A stretch of DNA of 64,000 nucleotides from Candidatus Cloacimonadales bacterium (GCA_963674825.1 OY771587.1:128001-192000); one strand, 5' to 3'. Counted from the stretch's first letter, positions 9,501 to 19,499 are shown. Notes: generated by a model not told the origin, from the sequence alone. Numbers and translations are program-made.

Positions 9501-11078
9501 AGCCCCTGTATCAACGCCGGTGATCCGGACTTCAACGACAACGGCTCCAGCTGGAGCAACGACCCGTTGGATCAGGATCCAGACGGCACCCGTATGGATA
9601 TCGGAGCATTCTGCTATGATGCCAATAGCGCAGTCGTTCCAGGTCAACCCGAAGACGGAATGCCTATTGGAAACAACGTCTCGCTCGATTTCCCGATGGT
9701 GCATTGGTCGGATGACTACGATGTATTCCGCTGGACCATCTATCTCGATACGAATGCAGATTTTAACTCACCCAATGCTATCTACAACGATAACCTCAGC
9801 GAGAACCAGTACGAGTTCACTGCCGGGTACCTTCTGGAAGATACCACATACTATGTAAAAGTGTTGGCGCGGAATATTCGCGATGAATCGAGCGCCCCGC
9901 TGGAATGGTCGTTCCACACGCAGATGCCGGACGGTAGCGGTGATCAGGATAATGGAACCGGCCTTGCCGGAGATGTGGTCGAGACCACTGAATGGGGAGC
10001 TGGAACGTATCAGATGGATATCCCGCAAGTCGGGGGCATAGCCTCACCTTCGGTAATATTCAGTCCGTTCTCCATCCCGACGTCGCAAATCATCCTGGTA
10101 ACTGAACTCGGTATCAAAGGCGGTGCTTCAGGTAGCCAGCAACGAATCGAATTCGAGGAGTTCATCGCGAGAATGGCTTCTGTCGGCTCACTGACCGATC
10201 TTGATATGGCAGTGCGTGTCACCTCGACCGACAACTCGGTATTTAACGGAACATTGACCCTCAATCTGGATGGTTATCCCTACGAAGTGAATTACATCTA
10301 CTACTCGATCGACGAAGGCGTGTGGATCGCGATTCCCAAGTGGGAATCGGGTATGGAAACACCATGCTTCACGTTCGACGGCACGACACTCATTATCACC
10401 GGACTCAGCACCGGCCGTGCAGGCGGTGATCTCGATATCGGCGTTGGTGGTAACGACTTCACCCTGCCGGTTTCCCTTTCGTCATTCGCAGCAACCACAA
10501 CGACAGCCGGATTTGTGCAACTCAATTGGGTGACCGAATCCGAGACCGACATGCTCGGATATAATCTCTACCGCGCTGAAGAAGAGGATCTCAATGAAGC
10601 GCAGCTTGTTACCATACCGATGATCGACGCACAAAACAATGCAAGTGAAACAGCATACGAATTCATCGACGAAGACGTTGCCAACGAACATACTTACTTC
10701 TACTGGCTCCAGATCATCGAGATGACCGGATCCTGCGACTTCTTTGGCCCGATCTCCGTCACGGTGAACGGTGACCCGGATGAACCGCCAGCACCGGAAT
10801 ACATCACGGCATTACAGGGTAACTTCCCGAATCCGTTCAATCCTGAAACGCGCATAAAGTTCTCGCTGGCAGAGCAGACCGACGTAGAAATTAGCATTTA
10901 CAACGTCAAAGGTCAGCGCGTCCGAACCTACAAGATGGACGACTGCCCCGAAGGTAATCACACCATTAACTGGACAGGAAAGGATGACTCGGGAAAACCA
11001 GTTTCGTCGAGTGTCTATTTCATCAAGATGGAGACCGAAACCTACAAGAAGATTCACAAGGCATTGCTGATTAAGTAG
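6582..11078 (+). CDS. large secreted protein: 3 PKD domains, parallel beta-helix with internal repeats, FlgD-Ig/T9SS-like C-terminal domain
   Basis: Signal peptide; WxFGDG PKD motifs x3; DPKF...LRASSPCINAGDP; C-terminal NFPNPFNPET...YNVKGQRVRT. Confidence 0.85.
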   Translation: MKHVISIIILAMALTLSAYTADFMCNPTTVALGDPVLFTSLSYPAATFLFWTFGDGTTSMGNNIYHTYPEGGLYSVTMTATWWAYGNLMEEKEDYINVLEARYNTSDTGGTVPYTASFTDLSLGRYDISIWDFGDGSLPDINPTEPIQHTYTETGLFDVSLTVMDSTGVFHTFTREDLINVTNDELSVQLGSDVTSGSAPLQVHFYAETTGNILSYDWDFGDGTAHSYEADPIHTFTTNGIYTVSVAVHDGNELAIDTRQDYIAVGTVINTQVPIDNAYWPATDSPFIVYGNLEVGADGVLVVEPDVTIMFGDGQSFQVNGQMNANGATFRSLEGGIWGGIHYGSNGYGQLTDCDIIGALNGITLQRDSRSSRETPTLTNLRIKTSNTATRPDGTGLTIQGTFDDVLDTILIEGYEYGIDIDNLQGTTTTPTLTNIRIKTSNTATREAAEAININGLCAPQINDVLIEDYDTGIIINDTSSDPLATPTLTNVRIKTSNTATRSATKAISLINVGDIQIGGTDEADSVVIENYPSGIEMFQSSLRSRATPTLTNIRIKNSNTATRVDTTAISFQGPIDAQINGLTIEDYVTGLYYDGDSGDTRDTPTLTNIRIKNSNTATRRSSCGMRFYNLDSVIIGGPTEADSVIIEGYDVGLSINANLLRSRATPTLTNIRLKTSTTATRAVSHGLEFNGNVTANVSGAILDGFDYGVYYNMNGNYRVRETPTLTNLRLKSSNTATRELTTGIFLMDVDAIIIGDSTHADDIVIDGYPNGVEVMSVLREITTPTLTNLRLKSSNTATRDPGTGIYFGAGTAGLIRDCKIEDYTTGIALELTDTVEAHNNSLHNNATGIEMTSVASPVNLHHNMIYLDSAYGNATMSYAAFSINYSNNVIVHNNTIYDYNYGAFFATSNADWNMNIVWAEDDFNSAISAPDSNSTLSVIYNNMMDYNTTNGNISADPKFINAMDGNFSLRASSPCINAGDPDFNDNGSSWSNDPLDQDPDGTRMDIGAFCYDANSAVVPGQPEDGMPIGNNVSLDFPMVHWSDDYDVFRWTIYLDTNADFNSPNAIYNDNLSENQYEFTAGYLLEDTTYYVKVLARNIRDESSAPLEWSFHTQMPDGSGDQDNGTGLAGDVVETTEWGAGTYQMDIPQVGGIASPSVIFSPFSIPTSQIILVTELGIKGGASGSQQRIEFEEFIARMASVGSLTDLDMAVRVTSTDNSVFNGTLTLNLDGYPYEVNYIYYSIDEGVWIAIPKWESGMETPCFTFDGTTLIITGLSTGRAGGDLDIGVGGNDFTLPVSLSSFAATTTTAGFVQLNWVTESETDMLGYNLYRAEEEDLNEAQLVTIPMIDAQNNASETAYEFIDEDVANEHTYFYWLQIIEMTGSCDFFGPISVTVNGDPDEPPAPEYITALQGNFPNPFNPETRIKFSLAEQTDVEISIYNVKGQRVRTYKMDDCPEGNHTINWTGKDDSGKPVSSSVYFIKMETETYKKIHKALLIK
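7703..8981 (+). repeat. eight intragenic copies of the peptide motif TPTLTNxRxKxSxTATR
   Basis: Counted in the 1498-aa translation; spaced roughly 55-62 aa apart. Confidence 0.9.
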
Positions 11079-11110
11079 CCTGCTGCAAGCACAGCAGATA
11101 TTGACATACT

Positions 11111-11139
11111 TAAAGGGCAGATCATCGATCTGCCCTTTA
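11111..11139 (+). terminator. rho-independent terminator-like hairpin
   Basis: TAAAGGGCAGATC-ATC-GATCTGCCCTTTA downstream of the stop codon. Confidence 0.7.
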
Positions 11140-11143
11140 TCTT

Positions 11144-11233
11144 ATGAAATCACCTTCAGAATGTTGATTTTATGGATTATTGACGAGAATTGGGATAGAA
11201 TTGCCAAGCTGGGGCTTGGCGCTCCAAGGGGAA
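11144..11233. repeat. REP/BIME-like intergenic repeat cluster (modules A and C)
   Basis: 11144..11175 is a variant of AAGAAATCATCTTCCGAATGTTGATTTCATG (61717..61747); 11197..11233 matches the reverse complement of 56990..57026 at 36/37 nt. Confidence 0.8.
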
Positions 11234-11393
11234 TGTAGGCGCTTATGCATCGACTCTGTGAGAGCTTCGAGTTTGCGCTCCGCAAAACTCACAGCATCAA
11301 CATGACACAGCAGTAACAAACCGTTTTTTATTGACACGTGACCGGGGTGAAACAAAGTGTAATGTTCGATGGTTATACTCTGCGAGAGGTTGT

Positions 11394-12338
11394 ATGAAAT
11401 ATCTGAAATATAGTGTTTTGCTACTGCTGGTAGCTCTTGTATTCACTTATACCGGATGCGGAAGCAGTGAGAATATTACATCTACAGACGTCAATGACGA
11501 TCCATCCGATTCAACCGTCACCATCGAGGATCTCGAATTCGGAACCAATTCCACCTTCGACCTCATGACCTGGAATCTGCAGAACTTCCCTAAATCATCC
11601 ACCACGCCAAATCTCGCAGCAACGGTGATTCGCTCGCTTGACCTCGAGGTTGTGGCTTTCCAGGAGATCGAAGACTCGGTGTCGTTCCGGTATCTGCTCG
11701 AAGATCTGGCTGGCTGGAATTGCTGGCGTGCAACAAGCGCTTCATACGATATTAACGTAGCCTACGCTTGGAGCCCGGAAGTCGAAATACAGTCAATTTA
11801 CGAGATTTATACGCATAATAGCCGTGAATTTCCACGCTCACCACTCGTATTCGAACTATCCTGGCGCGGGAATAACCTCATCCTGGTCAATCTGCACCTC
11901 AAAGCGTTGGGCGATAATTATATCGACGAAAACGACAGTTGGGATGAAGAGGTGCGACGTCGCGACGCAGTTGATCTGATAAAAGAATGGATCGACAGCA
12001 ACCATCCGAACGACAACGTAATTGTGTTGGGCGACTGGAACGATCAGCTACAGGAATCGCAGGCAACGAACGTCTTCTGGAGTATACTGCAATCCGACGA
12101 TTACCTTTTTGCCGATCTCGAATTGGCTCAATCCGGCAATGTCGATAACTTTTCGTATCCCATCTACGCATCCCATATCGACCACATCTTGATAACGGAT
12201 GAGCTGATCGATGCGTTTCATGACAGCGCATCCAAAATCGGAACCTTACGAATTGATGAGGTTCTCGATGGAGGCTGGAACGAATACGACGATGATTTAT
12301 CCGATCACCGGCCTGTCGCCATCAGTCTGAATCTGTAA
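11394..12338 (+). CDS. endonuclease/exonuclease/phosphatase family lipoprotein
   Basis: Lipobox YTGC; MTWNL, VAFQEI, NLHLKA, LGDWND, IDHIL, SDHRPV. Confidence 0.9.
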   Translation: MKYLKYSVLLLLVALVFTYTGCGSSENITSTDVNDDPSDSTVTIEDLEFGTNSTFDLMTWNLQNFPKSSTTPNLAATVIRSLDLEVVAFQEIEDSVSFRYLLEDLAGWNCWRATSASYDINVAYAWSPEVEIQSIYEIYTHNSREFPRSPLVFELSWRGNNLILVNLHLKALGDNYIDENDSWDEEVRRRDAVDLIKEWIDSNHPNDNVIVLGDWNDQLQESQATNVFWSILQSDDYLFADLELAQSGNVDNFSYPIYASHIDHILITDELIDAFHDSASKIGTLRIDEVLDGGWNEYDDDLSDHRPVAISLNL

Positions 12339-12353
12339 ACACAAGGAACCTGA

Positions 12354-15300
12354 GTGAAGAAAGATTATTTGATATTTCGAAACGACAACAAAGACCGCGA
12401 ACGCGTCGTCGAAAACCTCGCAAGTTTTTATGTGGCGGTGCTGACATCCGGTGAAGACGTCTCATCGCATGAGATCAACATCCTCTATTCGCTGCTGGAG
12501 AATCTGTTCCGGCACGAAGTTATATCCTGGGAAAACTACCTGCGACAGATTGTCCAGAAACCAATCGATTTCGAAGAAGTGCTGAACTTCCTGAACAAGA
12601 ACCTGATCACACTGGACAAGATTCGTATCCTACTCAGCCTCATCGTGCTGGCGAATTCGGACAACCAGTTCACCTCCTCGGAAGTGACCAAGATCCTCGA
12701 GCTCGCTAAACGGATGAATGTCGAGACCGAAGGCCTCATGTCCATCATCGACGCAATCGAGTACGGCAAGAGCGACCCGGTCTCCATCAGCGGATTCCGC
12801 TATTTCGCGCATACAGATCGTTCCGTCTTCCGCGATTATCTGCTGATCGGGCGCAATCCTGAATGCAGCATCCTTTTCCAGGATAAAAAGTTCGCCGATT
12901 TCGAACTGCTTGTCGTGGAAATTGATCGCTATATCTTCCTGGGAACAAGCCCCGGCACAACCGCGATGGTAAACGACGTGAAGCTCCAGCCCATGCGGCT
13001 CTACACCTTCCCGGAAGATGCCACGCTGAAAATCGGCTCTACCCGGTTCCACGCAAATCACCTTCGCAGAATGTATGCAGCCCGTGAGACGGACGATATC
13101 ATCGATTTCAAGAACGTCGATTACAGCTTCAAGATCATCAATCACAAAAACCACTATTCGGTAGTGGTCGATAACCGCACCGTTTACAAAAACGGCAAGC
13201 AACTTCCGCATCACAAGGAACAGCCGGTTTATTTCGACGATGTCCTGCAAATCAAGGGCTATGAGCCGTTCAACCTGCTCAACGTGATCGAACAACGCGA
13301 GGAGATCGGTGTATCGAATCTGAAACCCTCCGAGCTTTTCATCAACTTCGATGACGACTATTTCAGCATATCTCGCCAGGAATCGCATAAGACCTTCGCG
13401 CGGATCACCATCGACCAGAACGTTTTCACGATCCACCCACCGAGGAAAGTCTGGGACCTCTTTCTGAACAACCAGAAAATCGATAAACCCGCCGAATTCC
13501 TGCTCAACACGGATATCTTCACGCTCAATAAGCGTAACTTCCGCATCAATAACTTCATGGATATCGTTGAGATACCCTTTGAAGTTGAGCAGATTGGATT
13601 CAGGGATATCAAACACTACTTCAAAGACGGTACGCTGGCGGTTGACAGCCTCTCCTTCGAAGCCAACCGTGGCGAACTCATCGCCATTTTGGGCCAGAGC
13701 GGTTGCGGAAAATCGACACTGCTCAAATCCATCTCCGGCGAATATATCCCCACATTCGGCTCGATTGAAATCGACGGTAAGGACTTCTACAGCAACCTGA
13801 ACTTTTTCACGCAGCACATCGGTTACGTACCGCAGGAAGACCTCCTGTTCTCAAACCTGACCGTCTATGAAAACCTGCTCTATCGTGGTAATCTGCAAAT
13901 GCCGCAGATCTCTCAGGCGCACATGGATCAGAAGATCGGCAACATCCTGATGGAGACCAACCTTCTGCACCGAAGAAACGTTCAGGCTGGTGATGTGAAA
14001 AACAAGATGCTCAGCGGTGGTGAACGCAAGAGGCTGAACATCGCACTGGAGCTGCTCTTCGAGCCATCCATCATCATCTGCGACGAACCCACTTCGGGCC
14101 TCTCCTCGCGAGATTCGGAGCAGATCGTCAAGCTACTCAAACAGCTCAGCGTTCAGGGCAAGATCGTAATCATCACTATACACCAGCCCAACCCGGATAT
14201 TTTTTTCCTCTTCGATCGCGTACTGCTGATGGATCAAGGCGGTAAGCAAGTCTATTTCGGAACGCCGGAAGAGGCGTTTTCCTATTTCGATTCGGAAGTC
14301 GAGGAACTCACTGTCAACCGCGAAGGAATCCTACGTAAACGCTCGCTGCGCATGCCCGAATATATGTACGAGATCATCGCGTATCCCGAATACAACCAGA
14401 ATAACGAAGTGACCTACATCCAGACACAGCAGAACATCATGGTAAAGCGGAGGTTTCCACCTGATTACTGGAAGGATAAATTCAAGCGAAAGATGCTGTT
14501 CGACCTGATGCGGATCGATAAAAGCGAAAATGAGAATCCGCAGAAATCTCAGTCTCGCAAGCGCAGGAAACTGGATCTTCGTGGTCATTACGTGCAGATG
14601 AAGACATTCCTGATACGGAATATCTTGATGAAGCTGCGTAACCGCTCCAACATGTTCATCACCTTTATGGAAGCGCCGCTTCTGGCATTCCTGCTGGCGT
14701 TCATCCTCAGGCTCGCGCCTACCGAGGGATCATACACATACTCCGGCAACATCAACATGGGTGTTTATCTGTTTATCTCGGTGATCGTGTTCGTGTTCCT
14801 GGGGTTATCAAGCAGTGTCGAAGAGATTCTATCGGAGCGACGAACGATCCTTCGAGAAAAGATGCTCAACCTGAAGATGAGCTATTTCATTCTGACCAAG
14901 CTCATTTCACTGAGTATCTTCGCGCTGGCACAAGTGCTGGTTTATTACTTTGTATCTGCGCTGTTCCTGGAGATTCGCGGCGTCTTTTTTCCAAGCGTGC
15001 TCTATTTCTTCGCGGCGTCGTTCATTGGATTTTCGATCGGCATGCTGATCTCGACGTTTATTCACAACTCGAAGGCGATCATCAATATCCTGCCGGTCGT
15101 CTTGGTTCCGCAGATCGTCTTTGGCGGAGCGATTATTGAATACGAGCGCATGAACCGACAGATTACGTTCATCAAGAAGAACCCGATTCCCGAAATCGTG
15201 CAGGTCATGCCGTCAAAATGGCTCTTTGAAGGTATCTACACTGCGTATGCCAAAATGAATCCCTACGACTCAGAGCGCGCAAGACTCAAGAAAAAAAGAT

Positions 15301-15623
15301 TGACACTGAAGAATCAATATCGCGATGGTTTGTTAAATACAAAAGAGTATGACGAAGCCAGATACGGGGTTGTTGAGGAATTGGACAGCCTTCCGGATAA
15401 ATATCCGCGCAAGAAATACGTTAACGAGATGATAACGGTATCTGTGGATATCATGAACGGTAAATTCCTCAATGAAAATAAAAATGTCTTCCTGTCGAGC
15501 TATAAACGATTTTTTGGCGTGACATTCAAGACATACTGGTTTAATCTTTTGATGATAACGTTCATGGGAATCATCGTCAACGCGGCGACATTCCTAAGGA
15601 TGAAGTTCTTTTATAGAGAATAG
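12354..15623 (+). CDS. ABCG/White-type ABC transporter (ATPase plus ABC-2 membrane domain) with N-terminal TerB-like and FHA-like domains
   Basis: Walker A GQSGCGKST, LSGGERKR signature, ICDEPTSGL, TIHQP; C-terminal TM helices; N-terminal LANSDNQFTSSEVTKILELAKRM is TerB-like. Confidence 0.85.
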   Translation: MKKDYLIFRNDNKDRERVVENLASFYVAVLTSGEDVSSHEINILYSLLENLFRHEVISWENYLRQIVQKPIDFEEVLNFLNKNLITLDKIRILLSLIVLANSDNQFTSSEVTKILELAKRMNVETEGLMSIIDAIEYGKSDPVSISGFRYFAHTDRSVFRDYLLIGRNPECSILFQDKKFADFELLVVEIDRYIFLGTSPGTTAMVNDVKLQPMRLYTFPEDATLKIGSTRFHANHLRRMYAARETDDIIDFKNVDYSFKIINHKNHYSVVVDNRTVYKNGKQLPHHKEQPVYFDDVLQIKGYEPFNLLNVIEQREEIGVSNLKPSELFINFDDDYFSISRQESHKTFARITIDQNVFTIHPPRKVWDLFLNNQKIDKPAEFLLNTDIFTLNKRNFRINNFMDIVEIPFEVEQIGFRDIKHYFKDGTLAVDSLSFEANRGELIAILGQSGCGKSTLLKSISGEYIPTFGSIEIDGKDFYSNLNFFTQHIGYVPQEDLLFSNLTVYENLLYRGNLQMPQISQAHMDQKIGNILMETNLLHRRNVQAGDVKNKMLSGGERKRLNIALELLFEPSIIICDEPTSGLSSRDSEQIVKLLKQLSVQGKIVIITIHQPNPDIFFLFDRVLLMDQGGKQVYFGTPEEAFSYFDSEVEELTVNREGILRKRSLRMPEYMYEIIAYPEYNQNNEVTYIQTQQNIMVKRRFPPDYWKDKFKRKMLFDLMRIDKSENENPQKSQSRKRRKLDLRGHYVQMKTFLIRNILMKLRNRSNMFITFMEAPLLAFLLAFILRLAPTEGSYTYSGNINMGVYLFISVIVFVFLGLSSSVEEILSERRTILREKMLNLKMSYFILTKLISLSIFALAQVLVYYFVSALFLEIRGVFFPSVLYFFAASFIGFSIGMLISTFIHNSKAIINILPVVLVPQIVFGGAIIEYERMNRQITFIKKNPIPEIVQVMPSKWLFEGIYTAYAKMNPYDSERARLKKKRLTLKNQYRDGLLNTKEYDEARYGVVEELDSLPDKYPRKKYVNEMITVSVDIMNGKFLNENKNVFLSSYKRFFGVTFKTYWFNLLMITFMGIIVNAATFLRMKFFYRE

Positions 15624-15718
15624 CAGCAATGGCGGATGTAGTTCTCTGGTAGAGAATCACGCCTGCCAATTAAAAGGTAATCAACAATAAATCAATAGAA
15701 TAGAGTGAGGAGGATCTC

Positions 15719-16525
15719 ATGAATCGATGGACCATTTTACTTCTTGCAATGGTACTGATTCTGGCCGCCTGTCAGGCGGAGAAAAAGCAGGAGACGGCAC
15801 AGCCCGAACCTGCACAGAAAGAAGCTGTAGATGCAGAATTCTACTACTTCCCGCTTCCTTCTTTCCAGGACGTGTTTGGTAAGCTCGATTACCTCACACC
15901 TGCCGATTTCGGCAAATTCGTCCCGGAAGATTTCAAGCGGATCGACGACGACAACACCAAGGCCGCGTTTGAGCTGGGCTCGCTTTCAGCTGACGCCATT
16001 CTGGTCACCAAAAGCCGCAACCGTTCCAAACTTCTTGGAATCGCTCAGGAGATGATTTTCTACTCGAAGAGCTTCATCGTAGAAGAGCGCATCCTGCAGC
16101 TTGCGGACAAGCTCAAGAAAGAAGTTGAAACGGATAACTGGGAAGCGCTTCAAACAACGCTCGACGAAGATAAGGATAGCGTGATCAACGCGCTTTACGA
16201 AGCACGCGAATACGATAACTTTATCCTGATGCAACTCGGCGGATGGGTCGAAGGCCTCTATCAGACAGCCATGCTTCTCAACGACAATTATGATCGCGAC
16301 AAGACCGATTTTCTCAACCAGATCGGTATACTGAATCAGCTGATCAACAACGTTGACAAGATGCCGAACGAGCACGTGAAAGCCTCGGAAAATTACCAGA
16401 TCGCGCAGAAGAACCTGTATGCGATTCGCGATCTCCTGAAAGCACAGGAAGATCAGAAATATTCCAAGGAAGACGTCGAAAAATTGATCGGTCTGACCTT
16501 GCAGATCAAGCAGGCGTTCAAATAA
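15719..16525 (+). CDS. hypothetical helical lipoprotein
   Basis: GAGGAGG RBS; lipobox LAAC. Confidence 0.8.
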   Translation: MNRWTILLLAMVLILAACQAEKKQETAQPEPAQKEAVDAEFYYFPLPSFQDVFGKLDYLTPADFGKFVPEDFKRIDDDNTKAAFELGSLSADAILVTKSRNRSKLLGIAQEMIFYSKSFIVEERILQLADKLKKEVETDNWEALQTTLDEDKDSVINALYEAREYDNFILMQLGGWVEGLYQTAMLLNDNYDRDKTDFLNQIGILNQLINNVDKMPNEHVKASENYQIAQKNLYAIRDLLKAQEDQKYSKEDVEKLIGLTLQIKQAFK

Positions 16526-16545
16526 TTATCTGCTATAATCATTTG

Positions 16546-16585
16546 AAATCCCGGGTTGTTTTCAAAGCAATCCGGGATTTTTTTT
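16546..16585 (+). terminator. rho-independent terminator
   Basis: AAATCCCGGGTTG...CAATCCGGGATTT followed by a T-tract. Confidence 0.75.
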
Positions 16586-16854
16586 AACTTACGCAATCGC
16601 AATGGCTTTGCCGTTTACATCAACTATACTAAATCACGCAAAGATGAGCGTATTTTCTTACATATCAAAGCTTTAAAGCATTTATATGATTGACCTAAAA
16701 CTAATTTTTCATTAGGAAAAACGAATCTCAAAAGAGGTTAGAAACGCTGGAATCCCTTGTAAATAAGGGGTTCACGCATATTTTTTTATTGACAACATTT
16801 TTAAATTTAGGTCATACAGGTATTTGTAACGCCAAATAAATAACGGAGGTGCGT

Positions 16855-17127
16855 ATGAGCAGAGAAGAATTGGTAGCAAAAATCGCAGAGGAAGCAGGTA
16901 TTACAAAAAAGGCTGCAACCGCTGCACTCAATGCAACAATCGATGGTATCCAGGCCGCTCTGGCAAAGGGCGACAAGGTTTCTCTGGTTGGTTTCGGTAC
17001 ATTTGCCGTGGCCAAGAGAGCAGCTCGTAAGGGAATCAATCCGCAGACCAAGAAAGCGATCAAGATTCCGGCACGTAAAGTTCCTGTATTCCGTGCAGGC
17101 AAGAAACTCAAAGAAGCCGTCAAATAG
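16855..17127 (+). CDS. hup: DNA-binding protein HU
   Basis: GDKVSLVGFGTF...RAARKGINPQT...PVFRAGKKLKEAV. Confidence 0.97.
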   Translation: MSREELVAKIAEEAGITKKAATAALNATIDGIQAALAKGDKVSLVGFGTFAVAKRAARKGINPQTKKAIKIPARKVPVFRAGKKLKEAVK

Positions 17128-17143
17128 TTGCGTTTACTGATTT

Positions 17144-17184
17144 AAGGGATAGAGGCATCTTCGTCTTTGTCCCTTTTTCTTTTT
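17144..17184 (+). terminator. rho-independent terminator
   Basis: AAGGGATAGAGGC...GTCTTTGTCCCTT followed by a T-tract. Confidence 0.65.
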
Positions 17185-17282
17185 CCCAACAACTTGATTT
17201 CTGAAAAATGATAGACAAAAAAAATATCGAATTGCAATCTGACTTCTGAATCCATAAAAAATGAGACGAGAAAGAGGGAACT

Positions 17283-18401
17283 ATGAAATTTTCAGTTGAG
17301 AAGAAAGACTTAACCAGCAGAATACATCATTTATACAATATTGTCCCCTCCAAAAATACAATGCCGATCCTGATGAACTACCTGATCGAAGCATTCGAGG
17401 AATCCAACACGATCCGTTTCACTGCTACCGACCTCGAGATCACCGTGGTGGTGGAATTCGATCTGTTTGTTTCCGAAGGTGGACGTGTTGCCGTTTCTGC
17501 ACGGAACTTCACCGACATCATCAATTCGCTTCCCGATGCGATGATTCATTGTGAAAAGGTTGACGACACGCTGAAGATCCAGTGCGAGAAATCAAGCTTC
17601 GACCTCCTTTGTGCTGACGCCGACCAGTATCCGCTGATTCCTCAGGTCGATATGGAGAACGCGAAAGAGATCAACGCACAGACTTTCTCCAAGATGATCG
17701 AGAATACTCATTTCGCCGTCTCGACCGAGTCTAATCGTCCCATTTTTACCGGTATTTTCTGGCAGATCACTCCGGAACATCAGCTAATGGTCTCTACTGA
17801 CGGTAAAAAGATCGCCGAATTCAAGGTAAACCAAGAAAACGATGTCCCCGAAGTCCTGGAGAAGATCATTCCCACCAAGGGACTGCTCTTCCTCAAGAAA
17901 GCAATAACCGATGACGACAACGTGGTTCATGTGCTCATCGAAGCCAACCGCGTGATGTTCAAGTACGGTGCATATACAATTTTCACACATATCCTCGAAG
18001 GCCGCTTTCCAGATTACACCAAAGCGATGCCGACCGATAACAAGAACGAGCTCATCGTTGACAAGAACCTGCTCCACGCTGCGGTCAAGCGCGTATCACT
18101 CATCGCCTCCGAAGAGACGATGAAAATACGCATGGAAATCGAAGGCAATTCTCTGGTTATCAGCACCACCAACCGCGAAATGGGTGAAGCGGTGGAAAGC
18201 ATCCCCGAGTTCCAGTACAATGGCGATCCGATCAAGATCGCGTTCAATTATCGCTACCTGCTGATGATCCTAAGTGTGATCGAGAGCGACAAGGTGCGCG
18301 TAATGATGGGAAATTCGCAGGGTGCGGTGCTCTTCTTCAATACCGACACGGATTCCAGCTATACAGCGAGATTCCTTTTGATGCCGCTGCGCATTGTCTA
18401 A
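17283..18401 (+). CDS. dnaN: DNA polymerase III beta clamp
   Basis: ATDLEI, STDG, EGRFPDY, IAFNYRYL, C-terminal LLMPLR. Confidence 0.97.
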   Translation: MKFSVEKKDLTSRIHHLYNIVPSKNTMPILMNYLIEAFEESNTIRFTATDLEITVVVEFDLFVSEGGRVAVSARNFTDIINSLPDAMIHCEKVDDTLKIQCEKSSFDLLCADADQYPLIPQVDMENAKEINAQTFSKMIENTHFAVSTESNRPIFTGIFWQITPEHQLMVSTDGKKIAEFKVNQENDVPEVLEKIIPTKGLLFLKKAITDDDNVVHVLIEANRVMFKYGAYTIFTHILEGRFPDYTKAMPTDNKNELIVDKNLLHAAVKRVSLIASEETMKIRMEIEGNSLVISTTNREMGEAVESIPEFQYNGDPIKIAFNYRYLLMILSVIESDKVRVMMGNSQGAVLFFNTDTDSSYTARFLLMPLRIV

Positions 18402-18404
18402 GCT

Positions 18405-19499
18405 TTGAAAGTACATTCACTGCACCTGCAAAACTTCCGTTGCTATCTTGACGCGGCACTGGATTTACCCTCGCAGGGTGCTCTGATCACCGGTCCGAAT
18501 GGCTCCGGCAAGACCAATCTGCTCGAATCCATCCTCTACCTGAGCTGCGGTAAATCGCAGATCGCCGGTTCCGAGCGTGAGATGATTCGGTTCGACAACG
18601 ATTTTCTATTCGCCAAAGCAGCGTGCAGCATTGCTGAAAAAGAACACTCGATATCCATAGGACTCGATCGCAACAACCAGAAAAAGGCGATTGTCGATGG
18701 CACACAGCTCGAGAAAATCAGCGACCTATACCGCTACCTCAAAGCCATCTACTTCTCCCCCACCGATGTCAACATGGTAAGCGGTTCGGGCGGAATCCGG
18801 CGTCTCGTATTCAATCAGGCAATCTCGCAGTATTCGTTTGGCTACCTGGAGAATTATCGTAACTACCAGCGTATCCTCAAACAGCGCAACGCCCTCTTGA
18901 AAACCGACCACTATCTGATCGAAAAAAAGAGTTGGGACAACCAGTTTGCGCAGGCAGCCGCAAAGCTCGTTCGCTTGCGCCTGGAATACCTCGAAGCGTT
19001 TCTTCCGAGATTTCAGGATGCCTACCGAACCATCTCCGGGAATGCCGAAGAAGCGGGGCTGCGCTATCACTCCAGTTTTGATATGGATGACGAGCTTCCC
19101 ATTCTGGAGGCCTATCAGCAGCGCATTGAAGCGATTGCGACGCGCGAGACAGAGTCTCGCTATAGCCTGATCGGGCCACATCTGGACGACTTCATCTTCG
19201 ATCTGAACCGGCATCCGGCACGTGCGTACGCGTCTCAGGGACAACGGCGCAGCATCTCCATCGCCGTGCGTCTTGCACAGGCGGAGTTGATCAAGGAAGC
19301 TTCCGGCGACACCCCCATCATGATGTTCGATGACGTTCTGGCCGAGCTCGACGCCAACCGGGCGCATCATCTGATCGAGATGCTCAATCCCGAGCACCAG
19401 ATTTTCATTGCTACACCAAATCCCGGCGAATACCGCCACTTCGACTTCCGGCAGATCGATGTCACGACCTTACCGCGAGCCATCGAGATCGTATCATGA
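18405..19499 (+). CDS. recF: DNA replication/repair protein RecF
   Basis: NFRCY, GPNGSGKTNLLE, QRNALLK, GPHLDD, SQGQRR, DDVLAELD. Confidence 0.97.
   Translation: MKVHSLHLQNFRCYLDAALDLPSQGALITGPNGSGKTNLLESILYLSCGKSQIAGSEREMIRFDNDFLFAKAACSIAEKEHSISIGLDRNNQKKAIVDGTQLEKISDLYRYLKAIYFSPTDVNMVSGSGGIRRLVFNQAISQYSFGYLENYRNYQRILKQRNALLKTDHYLIEKKSWDNQFAQAAAKLVRLRLEYLEAFLPRFQDAYRTISGNAEEAGLRYHSSFDMDDELPILEAYQQRIEAIATRETESRYSLIGPHLDDFIFDLNRHPARAYASQGQRRSISIAVRLAQAELIKEASGDTPIMMFDDVLAELDANRAHHLIEMLNPEHQIFIATPNPGEYRHFDFRQIDVTTLPRAIEIVS

Noticed and set aside
12630..13817. Long antisense ORFs (also 25555..26466, 39899..40678, 60453..61688)
   Set aside because: Shadow frames of well-supported genes caused by codon bias; no recognisable motifs.
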